A stretch of 64,000 nt of DNA from Salisapilia sapeloensis CBS 127946 (Eukaryota > Protista > Oomycota). Positions 11,558 to 21,552 of this stretch are shown piece by piece. Every line of letters starts with the position of its first letter. The first letter of the stretch is position 1. The stretch lies in the NCBI GenBank assembly GCA_023334545.1, contig JAADVB010000072.1:1-64000 (forward strand). Reading direction: 5' to 3'. A model generated the notes under the pieces. The model saw only the letters and a list, made by a program, of their open reading frames with translations, was not told where the DNA came from and did not search any database. The position numbers and the translations under genes are program-made.

Positions 11558-12498
11558 ATGGCGGCGAAGGTACCGGAGACGAATTTGAGCTACGATACGG
11601 ACGTATATGAGCCTGCAGAGGACACATACCTATTGCTAGATGCAATCCAGGAAGAATTGCCGTCGCTCGTTTCACTGGACCCATCGATTTGCATTGAAAT
11701 TGGGTCATGTATGCATTTGCATCCATTCTGACTGGTAATTAACCGTGCTGGTCGACGTAGATGCGGTAGTGGGGTCGTGTTTACATATCTTGCGAACGAA
11801 CTAGCAAAGCGCGGTGCTTGTCCGATGGTGTTTGCAACGGATGTGAATCCGCTGGCAGCGACGACAGCATGGGATACTGCCCATATAAATCATACGCAGC
11901 GATTTGACGTTGTTCAGTCCAACCTGCTGCAAGCAATGGAACCAAAGATACATGTATTTCCTGTCGTTGTATGCGAAATAGCCATATTGTAATTAACATT
12001 TGTAGGGCCAAGTTGATGTCTTGATTTTCAACCCACCCTACGTACCGACACCAAGCGAAGAAGTCGGCTCCAAGTACGTTTACTCGAACAAAATACCAAA
12101 CGTTGCTGTAGCTATGTTGTAGCGGTATCGAAGCGGCGTGGGCTGGCGGCGTCGACGGTCGGGAAGTCATCGACCGACTGCTGCCAAAGCTAAAGGTTTT
12201 ATAGTATAATACATGCGATGGCCAAAAGGATCTGACGCAATGCAGGACCTCCTCTCACCAACGGGCGTCTTCTACATGGTCGTCGTGGAGGACAACAAGC
12301 CGCGGGACATTGAAGCGAGGTTGAAGTTGGATGGTTTCGACATGACAGTACGAATTGACCAACTCTATCATTGCGTTTTAATACGGCATAAGTATTCAGC
12401 ACGTGGTGGCACCGTACTAGATTGTCAAAGCCACAAAAGCGCGCAACGAAAAGCTTTCAATCCTGCGTTTCCAGCGTCTGGCAAACACCTCTCGCTAG
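11558..12498 (+). CDS. N6AMT1: HemK2/N6AMT1/Mtq2 methyltransferase, 219 aa; six exons 11558-11703, 11761-11953, 12006-12073, 12123-12195, 12246-12347, 12421-12498
   Basis: Spliced product reads DVYEPAEDTYLLLDA, IEIGCGSGVV, DVNPLA, DVLIFNPPYVPT, AWAGGVDGREVIDRLL, LLSPTGVFYMV and KARNEKLSILRF. All intron phases are consistent. Confidence 0.93.
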
Positions 12499-12991
12499 CT
12501 CTTCGTGGATTGGCGCATACCGCTCCTAACCGCCCATTCATTGGTCGAAATACACGCTCTCTGCCATTTGGTGATTTGTTACAGCAGACGGTGAGAAAAT
12601 CAATGTGGTGTTTTCGAAACTTTTCCATACTTTAAGTAGTACAAAGCGGATTTTGGCCGAAATATCCATCACGTCGGTGTCTGAAAGAAGATAAGTTCGC
12701 ACGGTACTGCCGTCGCCAAGCCGGAAAGAAAAAGCAAGTACACCCAGGAGGAAGCACCCTTTTCGCCCTCCGAACGCGTACTTTTAATTCGCTTTGTACA
12801 ACGACTTGCTGGACGAAAGCAAGCAACTCAACGGACCAGACAAAAGCGTCCTATACGTGGAGAATTAGCGTCCAATTTTTCGGGAAAACAAGTGTAAAAC
12901 GCACCCCTACTGAACGTAAGGAGAAAGCAACTCACTCCCGCACACTTTCATTACGTTGACGTTCCCGCACACGTTGTAGATATTGCGCACT

Positions 12992-15658
12992 ATGTCTACG
13001 TCCAATCCGCGCGGGAGCATGCGCTTCAACCCTGCCAGTAAGAGTGGACGCCGTGGCCGCGTCAGCAGTCAGGAGATCTCGTCGTCGCACTCGCAAAATG
13101 CCGGCAACCTTTTTGGATCAAGCCCGACGACCGGCCGGAACACGATCTCAGGCGCGAAAGCGGGAGGAGCCTTGTCTAAGGATGAACTTACGGGCGGTCA
13201 GAGTGCCGGATTCGTTGCGAGCAAAACTGGATTTCTCACGAAACGCGCCATGTCGTCCATGGACGCCTTTGCTAATTGGAAGGAGCGCTTTTTCGTGCTG
13301 GCGGAAGGACACTTGTCCTACTACAAGCAAGGGGGAGGCTTTTTTAATACCGGCAAGGACGACATTGTGCACCTAAAGGGTGAATTGCAGCTGACGCCCG
13401 ACTCGATTGTCCGGAAGAGCGGGATTGACGACAAAGCCAACGTCTTTGAGGTGATCACACCGTCAAAGAAGATGTTTGCACAGGCGAGCACGGCAAAAGA
13501 AACGGAGGATTGGATCAAGAGCATCTGGAGTCACATCAATGCGATGAAGAAACCGTCTCCTGGTGCTGGTGGCAGAAGAAATAGTTTCCAGGAAGTCGCA
13601 GCTGCGATTGGATCCAATGCAAATGCCAATTTGAGCTCTTCGAACGGCCCGACGGAAGATTACTCTCGTCCGAGCATGTTGGAAGACCACGAAATCGTTC
13701 GTGGAGCAGACAATTCAACTGACCCGAAGGATGTGGTCATTAAACAGCTTTTGGAAGAGAACAGGCAATTGCGTGAGCAGTTGGCGATGAAAGATCAGGT
13801 CATTCATAGTCTCGAGACCGGTGAGCGCGGCGACACGAATGGAGGACTGACGGGGGCTCCTTCGAAGCTGCGATCATCTGCGCCACAGATGATTTTGGAC
13901 TTGCGTGATGTTAAAAAGAAGCAGTTCCAACTCTTTGACGCGGCAGAAGTGGGTAACGCTCATTTAATAGCAACTCTGCTCCGCGACAATGTCGTCGATG
14001 TGAATGGTGTGGGCATGAACCAGACGACTGCTTTACACTTGGCGGCGAGCATGAACCATCCAAAGGTGGTTCGAGAGCTCCTTGCTCGAGGAGCAGACAC
14101 GAGTGCAAAGAACGGAGATAGCTACACAGCGTTGCATCTTGCGTCAAAGGCTGGTAATACGGAATGCGTTGATGAATTATTGAATGCGAATGCGGACCCG
14201 AATGCAACTGATTACCAAGGCAATGGAGCGATCCACATGGCTGCAGAAATTGGCAACATCCCGATCTGCAAGCAGTTGATGGCACGTGGTGCTCGCACAG
14301 ATGCTGCGAACGCCCAAGGTTCTCTACCTGTTCACTTGTCACCAATCGGTCACCCGATTCGTGTCTTGCTCGGTAGCAAGTCGGACTTGGCAGACGCGAC
14401 GAATCCGTCTCAGCCACCAAAGCCGCGAGGTGACAGTCGCGAAGGAAATGACACGGAAGTCAGTCATATTGCTTTCAAGAACAAGTACCAGCAAGATCTA
14501 GCCTTGGGACCTCGCGACTTTGAGTTCATTAAAGTCCTCGGTCGTGGTGCGTTTGCCAAGGTCTACTTGGTTCGTGGCAAGGGTTCCAACCGTGATAACT
14601 GGTACGCTCTGAAAGCGTACAACAAGCAGGGTATCGTTCAGAAGAACCAGGCGCAGTACATTTTGACGGAGAAAGCAGCGCTACAAGCTTGCTCCGACCA
14701 TCCGTACATTGTGACGTTGTACTATGCGTTCCAGTCGCAAGACCGACTGTTCCTTGTGATGGACTATTGCGGTGGTGGAGACTTGCTGTCGTCCTTGACT
14801 CGACGCAAGTCGTTCACGGAATCCGAAGCTGCGTTTTACATTGGTGAAATCGCTCTAGCCTTGTCCCACTTGCACTCGAAGAACATTGTCTTCCGCGATC
14901 TCAAGCCAGAGAACGTGGTCATGGATCTAGATGGTCACTGTCTCCTGACGGACTTTGGTATCTCAAAGGAAGGCATTAAGGACCACACGTCCGCGAACAC
15001 GTTCTGTGGATCGCCCATGTACCTCGCGCCGGAGATGCTATCGCGAAGTGGACATGGCTTTGCGTTGGACTGGTACTCTGTCGGTGCGCTTTTGTTTGAG
15101 CTGCTGACTGGTCTTCCTCCGTTCTACACGAACGACAAGAAGCAGTTGTTCCACAACATCCTTCGTGGCCAGTTGCAGATCCCAGAGTACTTGTCCCCGA
15201 ACGCTCGAGACTTGATCCAGCGTCTGCTGCACCGAGACCCGAAGCAGCGACTCGGATCCGGTCCGAGTGGCGACCGAGAGATCTTTGAGCACCCGTTCTT
15301 CTCTGGTGTCGACTGGGAGCGCATGAAGCGACGAGAACTGTCGCCTCCGTTCCGACCGAAGATCAAGTCGGACCCTTCTGGCATCCCGGACACATCCAAC
15401 TTCCCGCAGACGTTCACGGAGCAAGAGATCTCCGACATGGAGCGTGGTGTCGCTGCGCCTCCTGGCCCGCAAGGTCAACAGATTGAGCGTTCGAATTCGA
15501 ATGTGAAGAAGGAAGCGCGCTTGTTCCAAGGCTTTGACTTTGCTCCCGACTCGGAGCTGGATAAGGACGCGAAACAGTTTGAACGCCTAGCGCTGGAGAC
15601 GAGCTACAAGGACTTGCCGCCTCCAGAACTCAAGGAAACGGATGAGTTTGCCATTTGA
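12992..15658 (+). CDS. AGC-family Ser/Thr kinase with N-terminal PH domain, coiled coil and ankyrin repeats
   Basis: PH domain (KTGFLTKR...WKERFFVL...WIKSI), ankyrin repeats (TALHLAA, TALHLAS, GAIHMAA), kinase motifs VLGRGAFAKV, ALK, RDLKPEN, DFG and TFCGSPMYLAPE, and an AGC C-tail (PPFRP...FQGFDF). Confidence 0.93.
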   Translation: MSTSNPRGSMRFNPASKSGRRGRVSSQEISSSHSQNAGNLFGSSPTTGRNTISGAKAGGALSKDELTGGQSAGFVASKTGFLTKRAMSSMDAFANWKERFFVLAEGHLSYYKQGGGFFNTGKDDIVHLKGELQLTPDSIVRKSGIDDKANVFEVITPSKKMFAQASTAKETEDWIKSIWSHINAMKKPSPGAGGRRNSFQEVAAAIGSNANANLSSSNGPTEDYSRPSMLEDHEIVRGADNSTDPKDVVIKQLLEENRQLREQLAMKDQVIHSLETGERGDTNGGLTGAPSKLRSSAPQMILDLRDVKKKQFQLFDAAEVGNAHLIATLLRDNVVDVNGVGMNQTTALHLAASMNHPKVVRELLARGADTSAKNGDSYTALHLASKAGNTECVDELLNANADPNATDYQGNGAIHMAAEIGNIPICKQLMARGARTDAANAQGSLPVHLSPIGHPIRVLLGSKSDLADATNPSQPPKPRGDSREGNDTEVSHIAFKNKYQQDLALGPRDFEFIKVLGRGAFAKVYLVRGKGSNRDNWYALKAYNKQGIVQKNQAQYILTEKAALQACSDHPYIVTLYYAFQSQDRLFLVMDYCGGGDLLSSLTRRKSFTESEAAFYIGEIALALSHLHSKNIVFRDLKPENVVMDLDGHCLLTDFGISKEGIKDHTSANTFCGSPMYLAPEMLSRSGHGFALDWYSVGALLFELLTGLPPFYTNDKKQLFHNILRGQLQIPEYLSPNARDLIQRLLHRDPKQRLGSGPSGDREIFEHPFFSGVDWERMKRRELSPPFRPKIKSDPSGIPDTSNFPQTFTEQEISDMERGVAAPPGPQGQQIERSNSNVKKEARLFQGFDFAPDSELDKDAKQFERLALETSYKDLPPPELKETDEFAI

Positions 15659-15811
15659 GCCTTCTTTTGTACGTCAAATGGAAAGACAGAAGGATGCATT
15701 TTTCTTTTTTTCTCAAGTTTCGACAAGATGAACATGGACATTTTACTTGCTTGTTTCTTTCTTTTGTTGGAATCGATTGACACCATGAGAACATTCAAGG
15801 GTGTATTAAAG

Positions 15812-17710
15812 TTAAAGCACGTGCAGACCACCGCTTTCCAAAATACTACGCTGCTTGGCCTGGTTCTTCTTGTACCCCGCGAAGACGAAACCACCCGCAG
15901 CGACCACCACGCCGACGACGATCACACCGGCGATGCCGGCTGGGGATAAACCGCTGCTCGCCGATGCGGCGCCAGACTGGTTGTTTACGTTGTTCGTCGG
16001 CGTGTCCTCCGATGGAGACGGAGCTGATGTCTCCGGCTTCTTGGCGTTCGTGAAATGATCGTCGTCGCCTTGAGACGCCCCCGTCACCTTGCCTTGGTCC
16101 TGGTTGCCGTCCATGGCAGCCGGAACGACTCCGCCTGGCGAAGCAGACTCGTCGTCCTTGGACGAAACTGGCTTGTCTCCAGTGGACGAAGCTGGCTTGC
16201 CAATGCTGGCGGAACCTTGGCTTGACGACTTGGACGTCGACGGGTCCTCCGCCTGCGAGAACGTTGGCGTATCGGCCGTGGACGGAGCTTTCGTCGTCGG
16301 CTTGGGCGTGCTAGCGGCACTAGCAGAGCTTTGCGACGGAGGACTGGCGTTCGTGCCTTCCAGAGAGCCTGGTTGGGACGCCAGTGCTGGAGATGGCGTT
16401 AAGACAGACTGCTTCGGAGGAGTCTGAGCTGGCGCGGAAGACTCTTCCGTCTCGGGACTAGCGTTTTCCTCTTCTTTAGCTGGAGCCGTCGTCGACGGTG
16501 CCGGTGTCTGCTCACCGTCGCCCTCCGTCGGATTCTGGTACATACTCGCACCGTCTTCATTCACAGGGTCTTCAGCCGGCTTTGCAGCCGATCCAGTCCC
16601 TGGGGCAGCAGCACCCGCAGAGCCAGCATTCGTAGCGGCCGCATTGTCCACCGCTGCACCAGGCACTGGCGTGGCAGCAGGCACAGCTCCCGCCGGATCA
16701 GCCCCGTCAAGAGTATCGCCTTCGCTTCCTTGCTCCGAAACAGGAATTTCGGCAGTCGGATCGGTAACTTCGGCTGCAGCTGGCTCTGCGCCTTCAGGTG
16801 CCGCGCCCTGATTTCCTTCATCCAGAGCGGAAACCTCAGTATTTTGACTGGAAACCTCGGCTGCGTTGGGCGTCGCATCACTGTCGTTGGCGGTCGATTC
16901 CGAAGAAACAGCTGCGCTCGCGGTAGTCTCGTCTTCCTCTGGCGGCTTTGCGTCCGTCGCCTCTTCCTCCGCCTTGACGAGCGTAATGAAGCCAGCGTAG
17001 ACTTCGTTTGCCCGGCTCTCGAGTGGTACAGACGCTTCAACCTCTTGGAAGTAGTTTTCTTGGCCTTGTTCCACGCACATGGCGTTCGCACCGATGGTGC
17101 CGTCCGGGCACATCTTGGTTGGCGATCCGAACTTGTACCATGCCGAGCCATCGCTGGCAGCATCGAAGGCGCAGACGATGCCGGTCGTCACACTGTCGTG
17201 ACTGCAGACAGAGTAGCTGCAACCGACCTTCTTGGCAGCGGCCCAGACGACTTGCGAGTACGAGTTCTGAAAGCCTTCTCCGACTGGGTCGCCCGTGGCT
17301 TTCGGTGCTGGCAAGTCCGCCAACGTCGACTGGGCAGTGTTCTTGACCCATTCGTCGATGGCATTGTCCACGGCAGTAGCCGGGTCAAAGCCTTCTGTCG
17401 GCTGTTGATGGTACAGGAAGCCAGGCTCGAACGTTGTGCCTTCCAAGAGTGGTTCGCAGGTGGTAGGCGCTTTTTCAGCAGCGGTGGCTGCAAGTGCGTC
17501 ATCCCACACGAGTTGGTTCATGTTCGCCGCCGAGTAGGGGAGACCGGCGACTCGGAAGAAGGAGAAGCGGTCCAGCCATAACATTTGCTGGTCTTCCGAG
17601 AAACCTGGGCTATCTTGTAGCTTCCGAAGGGCGTGGTTGTCATCTTTCGCAGAGACGCTGTTGACTGCGAGGGCAGTCGCTAGAACGGCTGCGAAGCCTC
17701 CGACGTGCAT
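15812..17710 (-). CDS. Type I membrane CAP/SCP/PR-1 domain protein with long Ala/Pro/Ser/Thr-rich stalk, 632 aa
   Basis: Signal peptide, NMNQLVWDDALAATA, SQVVWAAAKKVGC, Cys-rich extension, mucin-like stalk, TM helix (IAGVIVVGVVVAAGGFVF) and a short tail. Confidence 0.88.
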   Translation of the reverse strand: MHVGGFAAVLATALAVNSVSAKDDNHALRKLQDSPGFSEDQQMLWLDRFSFFRVAGLPYSAANMNQLVWDDALAATAAEKAPTTCEPLLEGTTFEPGFLYHQQPTEGFDPATAVDNAIDEWVKNTAQSTLADLPAPKATGDPVGEGFQNSYSQVVWAAAKKVGCSYSVCSHDSVTTGIVCAFDAASDGSAWYKFGSPTKMCPDGTIGANAMCVEQGQENYFQEVEASVPLESRANEVYAGFITLVKAEEEATDAKPPEEDETTASAAVSSESTANDSDATPNAAEVSSQNTEVSALDEGNQGAAPEGAEPAAAEVTDPTAEIPVSEQGSEGDTLDGADPAGAVPAATPVPGAAVDNAAATNAGSAGAAAPGTGSAAKPAEDPVNEDGASMYQNPTEGDGEQTPAPSTTAPAKEEENASPETEESSAPAQTPPKQSVLTPSPALASQPGSLEGTNASPPSQSSASAASTPKPTTKAPSTADTPTFSQAEDPSTSKSSSQGSASIGKPASSTGDKPVSSKDDESASPGGVVPAAMDGNQDQGKVTGASQGDDDHFTNAKKPETSAPSPSEDTPTNNVNNQSGAASASSGLSPAGIAGVIVVGVVVAAGGFVFAGYKKNQAKQRSILESGGLHVL

Positions 17711-18024
17711 TTTGCTTACGTTGGTGTAGCGGAAAATAAGAGACTGGCGTGATGCTCAGTGCTGCCACTTCGTCACCAGCCTGTGTGGCGGAAGAGGTAT
17801 AGCATGTGGACAGTCGAGTTGACCAATTGTGACTGGATAAGCGGGCGAGCGGAAGTGTTCCAACCAGATAGGAAGGAAGCTGATTCATGATGAAAAGCAG
17901 CTGGTTCAGAAGAAATCGAGCTGGCAGCCACGTGGAAAGAATAGAGTACATCTCTGTCTTTTCTTATCACAGGAAGACGTTGAAACGTGGGCATGGGATT
18001 TATTCTCGGAGCATTTAATTAAAA

Positions 18025-18405
18025 ATGGAATACTTGGAGCACGCGTCGGAAGTGCGGTTTTCTGGACTCCAGACGTGCGACGACAGCGACTCGGATGAGA
18101 TTGTGGATGAAGACGCCGAGCTGGAACTGTCTTGTGCGTTGCAAGACTTGACGACACAGATTAAAACATTTGAAGTGAATATGCAACACCGTTTCCTGCA
18201 AAGCGCAGATGAAATGGAGGACGAAATTGATGAGGACATCCCCGAAGAGAAAGATGCAGTTGGTACAAAGGAAAATAATGAAGAGAAAGAAAAGTGGGAT
18301 GAAGAAAGTGAGACGAAGGAACTGACTGCGCTTCAGAAGAGCATTCGGCAACTACTTTACGGCATTAAGAAAGAGGCCAAGGCATTGGATCAAGATAATC
18401 AATAA
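18025..18405 (+). CDS. Small acidic coiled-coil hypothetical protein, 126 aa
   Basis: ATG-initiated ORF with coding-like composition, convergent on the next gene. No family recognised. Confidence 0.55.
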   Translation: MEYLEHASEVRFSGLQTCDDSDSDEIVDEDAELELSCALQDLTTQIKTFEVNMQHRFLQSADEMEDEIDEDIPEEKDAVGTKENNEEKEKWDEESETKELTALQKSIRQLLYGIKKEAKALDQDNQ

Positions 18406-18465
18406 AAATTGCATCCATTGTTACAATTTCGTCGCAATTCCTACAAAAAGTGAACGAAAGATAGC

Positions 18466-19440
18466 TTAATCGTCTTGCGCCTGAAGATACGCTAGTAACC
18501 GCTCTTGCAACTCGAGCTCCTGTTGGCGCAACTCGTTGTCTCGTATGCGCTGGCGTTCATCCAGTCGCTGCTTTTGTTCCATTAGCTCTAGAACGCGTTT
18601 CCTGAACTCTTCACTGCTCAAACCTTGACTCTCGTCCTCTCCATCCTTCTTACGACGCTTCACATTCTCTCGACGGTCACTCGGCGCATCTTCGTCATCC
18701 TGCCCATTCTCGTTTTCATTTTTGGCCGCTCGTATTGAGGCTGCCGTCCTGGCACCCACTTTGGCTTCTGAAGTCTGCGTAAGCATCTTGTGAAAGTCTG
18801 CAAGTAGTTTCCGTCGCTCGATGTTGAGTTCGTCTGCTTCGTTTTTGGTTATCTTGGACAATTCTCCGTGACTAAAGGACTTGAGCAACGTCTGAATGCG
18901 ATCCCTAAGAAAGAAAATGAGGAAGAGTGAGCCAGGTCTGTCAAAAATTGAGAGCTAGACTGAATTTTTAGTCCTAGAGTAGATCGTCTTCGAATGGTGA
19001 GAAATTCTCTGGACAGACCACCAATTTAATATATTGACCGACGTCCTGTCAATTTTGATGCGACTTATGTGAAGACGAGAGCATATGCAATGTGGAGAGG
19101 ATAGAGATTTTCGAATTAGATAGGTGAATACGCACCGGCATGTATACCAGGAGAAGGACGACGGGTCGCCTGTGAGTCGAGTCGACAGCGCCTGAGCTAC
19201 CATTTCCCACACCTGAATGCGAGTGCCGTGTCGAGCCAGATAAGGGTTGTTCTCTCGCAGCACCTGTAGCAGAACAATGTCCATGGCGCTAGTGAACTTT
19301 GCGTATTTGCCACGAGGGGTGCCCGAGGCGCTACTACCTCTTTTGCGTTTCCCACTGTTTGCTGGAGCACTTTCGCTCATGTTGGTAGATAAAATAGTGT
19401 TCATATTGGCGTTGGCCATCATGTTCTGCTCCTCCGACAT
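18466..19440 (-). CDS. Myb/SANT-like DNA-binding domain plus coiled-coil protein, 247 aa; exons 19440-19136 and 18904-18466
   Basis: KFTSAMDIVLLQVLRENNPY...WEMVAQAL...CR|DRIQTLLKSF. A 231-nt intron (GTGCGT...polypyrimidine-TAG) restores the CRDR motif. NLS-like GKRKR and a C-terminal E/R/Q coil. Confidence 0.75.
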
Positions 19441-19748
19441 TACAATTACGTTGTGATAGCGAACCGAGGCGCCCGTCCTCGTGCCCTCTCTGGCGTCAAT
19501 GCCTTTCGCTGCTCGACCATTACGTCTTGCTTTATCTGTGTGTATACTATGCGAAATTGTATGGTAAAATTGCAACTATTGTGGATCATTCGCTGATGGA
19601 TTTCATTTGAATTTGTCATACGCGTATCAACATCGAACCTTTTTCACCAATCAAATGTACATAAACTGATATCTATCCAATCAGAACAAGGTCCAAGACA
19701 ACAAAACAAAACAATAAAGTCCAACGCCCGTCGGAACCAATCGAAGAG

Positions 19749-20909
19749 ATGGCTGTACCGACGAAAGCAGCCAAGGCCGTGGCATCGGCCGCCCCGTTCA
19801 AGGCTTTCCGGCACGCGAATATCGTGTCCACATTGGCGTCTGACACCAAATACATTGGCACCCACAGTGGATCCTTCCACTGCGACGAAGCGTTGGCGGT
19901 CTCGCTTTTGAAGCTACTGCCGCAATTCGAAACGCACGACATTGTCCGATCGAGAGATCCAGCCATCCTCCAGCAATGTGACATTGTAGTCGACGTCGGT
20001 GGCGAGTACTCTCCTGAAAACTTGCGCTTCGACCACCACCAGAAGACCTTTGAGTCGACATTCGATGACGCGCACAAGACCAAACTCTCCAGTGCCGGTC
20101 TCGTCTACAAGTATGTATCTCCTTCCTATCCTTTGCCTCTTGTATAGACAGTAGCATATCGATTTATTGGTGAAAATGTATTGACTGTATCGTACGATAG
20201 ACACTTTGGTCGTGAAATCATCCAAGTGTTGGCTGAAAAGCAGTTGGACGAAGCTACGCTAGACACGCTGCACCGTAAAGCTTACGACACGTTCATCGAG
20301 CATGTCGATGGCATCGACAATGGCATCGAAGCAGCCGACGGACAGAAAAATTACCAGGTTACCACGACGCTGAGTGCTCGTGTGGGTTTCTTGAACCCTG
20401 GATGGAACGAAGACCAGTCGTCTGCGACATACAATGCTTGTTTCAACCAGGCCATGTACCTCACTCTGACCGAGTTCACCGACTGCATCCATGACCTCGT
20501 CCACTCGTGGCTGCCAGCACGCAGCATCGTCGAAAAGGCCGTGCAAGACCGTTTCCGTACGCACGAGAGTGGAGAGATCATGTACTTGCCGCAGTTCTGC
20601 CCGTGGAAGTCTCACCTGCATGACGTCGAGGAGTCTCTCTTGATCCCTGGACAGATCAAGTTCGTTCTGTACAATGATAACTCGGGTGACTCGGTGCGTG
20701 TCCAGGGCGTGAACACTGAACCAGGCAGCTTTGCGCTCCGTCGAGCTCTCCACCCGGAATGGCGTGGACTGCGCGATGAAGAGGTGTCGCAGAAGGCTGG
20801 CATTGAAGGATGCATCTTTGTCCACAACGCTGGATTCATCGGTGGTAACAAGACGTACGAAGGTGCGTTGAAGATGGCGTCGAAGAGTTTGGAAGAAGCG
20901 GACAAGTAG
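19749..20909 (+). CDS. MYG1: MYG1 exonuclease (UPF0160, DHH-like); exons 19749-20110 and 20201-20909
   Basis: IGTHSGSFHCDEALA, VDVGGEY, FDHHQ, KLSSAGLVYK|HFG, VDGIDNG, WRGLRD, FVHNAGFIGGN. Confidence 0.95.
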
Positions 20910-21552
20910 TGCATCGATAGGAAGCTGGTGTAGGACCATGTCATTCGATTTAATTTGAAGAGAAATTGAATGCCTTTACATGAGTTACTGGTACTATTGC
21001 AGGTGAACTCGTCCGTCTGCTCTTGATGTGAGGTGTATGGACGTAGATGTGCGTATTATAGAATAGAATGTCTGCCTCTTGCTATCGAGATGTAGATACT
21101 GCCTTGACGAAAAGATAAAGCATGGTGGTCTGGAAGTGAATCGTCACGTCGATTCACATTCAAATACATGTCTTGTATTCCATGTGTCTGCTAGGCGTCG
21201 ACTACAGCTGGAGATAGCGATAGTGAATACCACTTATCCCAGTGTCTCGGTCCAGCTCAAGCCTCGAAGCGGGTGAACTCTCCTACCTACCAGTATTGTA
21301 CACGCAAATGTACTCATGTTGACCTAACAGTGTCGGATGCTAACCATTTGAGTACGACTGGTGCATCTAAAGAAGCTCCTCAAGACATCACAGTTTATCG
21401 CATGATCATGAGATAGTGTCCAAACGACGATATTCCGTATATTTAATGTACAGAGGCTAGAGGACCTTGTGTGGTGCAAAGAAATTATTGAAAGATGAAC
21501 GGATGTAGTATTCTAAGTGCTCGTATTCCCAGACACATCTAGTAAGTCGCTT

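Noticed and set aside
12213-12635. 140-aa ORF
   Set aside because: Its middle is N6AMT1 exon 5; the rest is intron and UTR read-through.
16730-17581. 283-aa antisense ORF; likewise 20259-20939 and the many ORFs inside ABCB, PFAS and AP3B
   Set aside because: These are shadow frames of well-supported genes and arise from codon bias. They have no recognisable motifs.
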